Of a DNA stretch of 64,000 nucleotides, positions 62,601-64,000 are shown piece after piece. The notes under the pieces are model-generated. The model was not told the DNA's origin, ran no database searches, and was given only the letters and a program-made list of their open reading frames with translations. Location of the stretch: contig CAXXNF010000001.1 of NCBI GenBank assembly GCA_963666365.2, positions 217,281 through 281,280 on the forward strand, written 5' to 3'. A program made the translations under genes and the position numbers. Every line of letters starts with the position of its first letter. Positions within the stretch are counted from its first letter, which is position 1. This DNA comes from Syntrophales bacterium. Its GTDB lineage: Bacteria; Desulfobacterota; Syntrophia; Syntrophales; UBA2210.

Positions 62601-62783
62601 TCTTCTTCTCTACCATCCTTCAAAAATTAATTACTCCGGCTCACCATTTTTTTATTATATTTTTAGTATTACTATTTCTTTTCTCCTATGTTTTGCTACT
62701 AAAGTGGTGTAGAAGAACAGGTGCGCAACGCCTTGAAATTATCTATGACAGTCGGAAAAAGAAATACTAAAACAGGAGGAAAC

Positions 62784-64000
62784 ATGATGAATTTTTTTCT
62801 GCAGCCCCGTAAATACCAAAGTCTCATGACCGATGAGGGATCACGAGCCATTATGGAAAAAACCATCCGGTTTTTTGAAGACATGGGCAAAACAAAGCTC
62901 ACAGAGGATTTTTACAAACGAGTTTGGTACAAGGAATTTATTGATTTTATCGCCAAAGAGCAGATCTTCGCCAAGCTCCTTACCCCTCAGGCTTACGGCG
63001 GCGGCGATCCCGACTGCCGCTGGGACACGGCGCGCAACAGCGAGTACAGCGAGCTCCTCGCCTTCTACGGTCTCGGATACTGGTACTGTTTCCAGGTATC
63101 CATCCTGGGACTGGGCCCCATCTGGATGAGCCCGAATGAAAAAGCAAAACAGAAGGCGGCAAAACTGCTCAAAGAAGGAGCAATCTTCGCCTTCGGCCTC
63201 TCGGAACAGACCCACGGCGCCGACATATACGCCACGGAAACCGCCCTGACCCCCACAGAGGACGGCGCCTGGGCAGCAAACGGCGAGAAATACTACATCG
63301 GCAACGGCAACGAAGCCCCCATGGTTTCCACCTTGGGCAAGGTGAAGGACGGCACCGATGACTACGTCTTCTTCGCGACCAATTTCAGTCACAAGGCCTA
63401 CGAACTGAAAAAAAACGTCGTGTCCCATCAGCAGTATGTCTCAAACTTCGCCCTTCACGACTACCCCATTACCGCCGATGACATTCTGTGCAGGGGATCC
63501 CACGCCTGGGACTCGGCTTTGAACACTGTAAATATAGGTAAATTCAATATCGGCCCCGCCTCCATTGCACTGGCGGAGCACTGCTTTTACGAGTCCATTA
63601 CCCATGCCGCAAACCGAATACTGTACGGCGTCCCCGTTACCGACATGCCCCATGTGAGGAAGAATTTTATGGATGCCTGGCTCCGCCTGGTAGGCATGAA
63701 ACTGTATCAGCGACGGGCTACCGATTATTTCCGTAACGCATCGGAAAATGACCGCCGCTATCTGCTCTACAATCCCACGAGCAAAATGAAGGTCACCCTT
63801 CAGGCGGAGGACGTGATAAATCTGCTCTGGGATGTCATCGCCGCCAAAGGCTTCGAAAAGGACACCTATTTCTCCATGGCGGCCGCAGACATCCGCGGGC
63901 CCTCCAAGCTGGAGGGAACGGTACATGTCAACGTTCAACTCATTCGCAAGTTCATGCAAAATTATTTTTTCAACCCTGCGACATACGCCCCGGTGGCGCC
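62784..64000 (+). CDS. Acyl-CoA dehydrogenase-family protein (long form), 3' end beyond the window
   Basis: Absent from the ORF track because there is no stop in the window. Manual translation from the ATG at 62784 (AGGAGGA RBS) gives MMNFFLQPRKYQSLMTDEGSRAIMEKTIRFFED...FAFGLSEQTHGADIYATET...GEKYYIGNGN. The frame stays open to position 64000. Confidence 0.65.
   Translation, partial: MMNFFLQPRKYQSLMTDEGSRAIMEKTIRFFEDMGKTKLTEDFYKRVWYKEFIDFIAKEQIFAKLLTPQAYGGGDPDCRWDTARNSEYSELLAFYGLGYWYCFQVSILGLGPIWMSPNEKAKQKAAKLLKEGAIFAFGLSEQTHGADIYATETALTPTEDGAWAANGEKYYIGNGNEAPMVSTLGKVKDGTDDYVFFATNFSHKAYELKKNVVSHQQYVSNFALHDYPITADDILCRGSHAWDSALNTVNIGKFNIGPASIALAEHCFYESITHAANRILYGVPVTDMPHVRKNFMDAWLRLVGMKLYQRRATDYFRNASENDRRYLLYNPTSKMKVTLQAEDVINLLWDVIAAKGFEKDTYFSMAAADIRGPSKLEGTVHVNVQLIRKFMQNYFFNPATYAPVA

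Larger units (their letters stand above)
57107..62652 (+). repeat. Tandem duplication unit 2 (leader + RHS gene + YD-dockerin gene)
   Basis: See unit 1. Relative to unit 1, the leader lacks about 110 nt. Confidence 0.8.

Overview
The gene content suggests a chromosomal segment from a Desulfobacterota-like anaerobe, but this taxonomic call is inference only. It rests on a selenocysteine formate dehydrogenase, feoAB with a DtxR-family regulator, a sigma-54 activator and Fe-S/nitroreductase genes.

Core-like genes:
- 1-30.7 kb is mostly housekeeping or metabolic. It holds feoB(partial)-feoA, a DtxR-family regulator, an OYE flavin oxidoreductase, a decayed MBL-rhodanese pseudogene and a ferredoxin-nitroreductase. 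It also holds an SBF-like permease, a GDPD, a modABC operon ending in an FmdE/molybdopterin-binding fusion, and a Sec-containing FdhA with a SECIS hairpin.
- The same stretch continues with an MBL / GNAT-C39 / RimK operon, a DUF898-M48 pair, and a minus-strand fatty-acid/aldehyde block. That block is ACAD, radical SAM, acyl-CoA ligase and an ALDH-FeADH fusion.
- An RND efflux pair lies at 47.0-51.2 kb, and a partial acyl-CoA dehydrogenase runs off the right edge.

Accessory regions:
- 30.7-46.9 kb and 51.2-62.7 kb are the interesting parts.
- They contain three Sec-signal RHS/YD-repeat cocoon proteins with N-terminal beta-propellers and no PAAR, VgrG or TcA in the window.
- Each RHS gene is followed by a small secreted protein made of two YD repeats plus a dockerin-like Ca-loop pair.
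- Also present are a 3007-aa surface protein (beta-helix, 4x DUF1566-like, about 12 Ig-like repeats, C-terminal dockerin-like module) and two tandem Cys-rich secreted paralogs.
- Two of the RHS modules form a tandem duplication of about 5.7 kb. It has a 1.3-kb tract that looks identical by eye and short variable C-terminal tips.

A MITE/REP-like inverted-repeat element recurs at operon ends. I saw no rRNA, tRNA or CRISPR array by eye.
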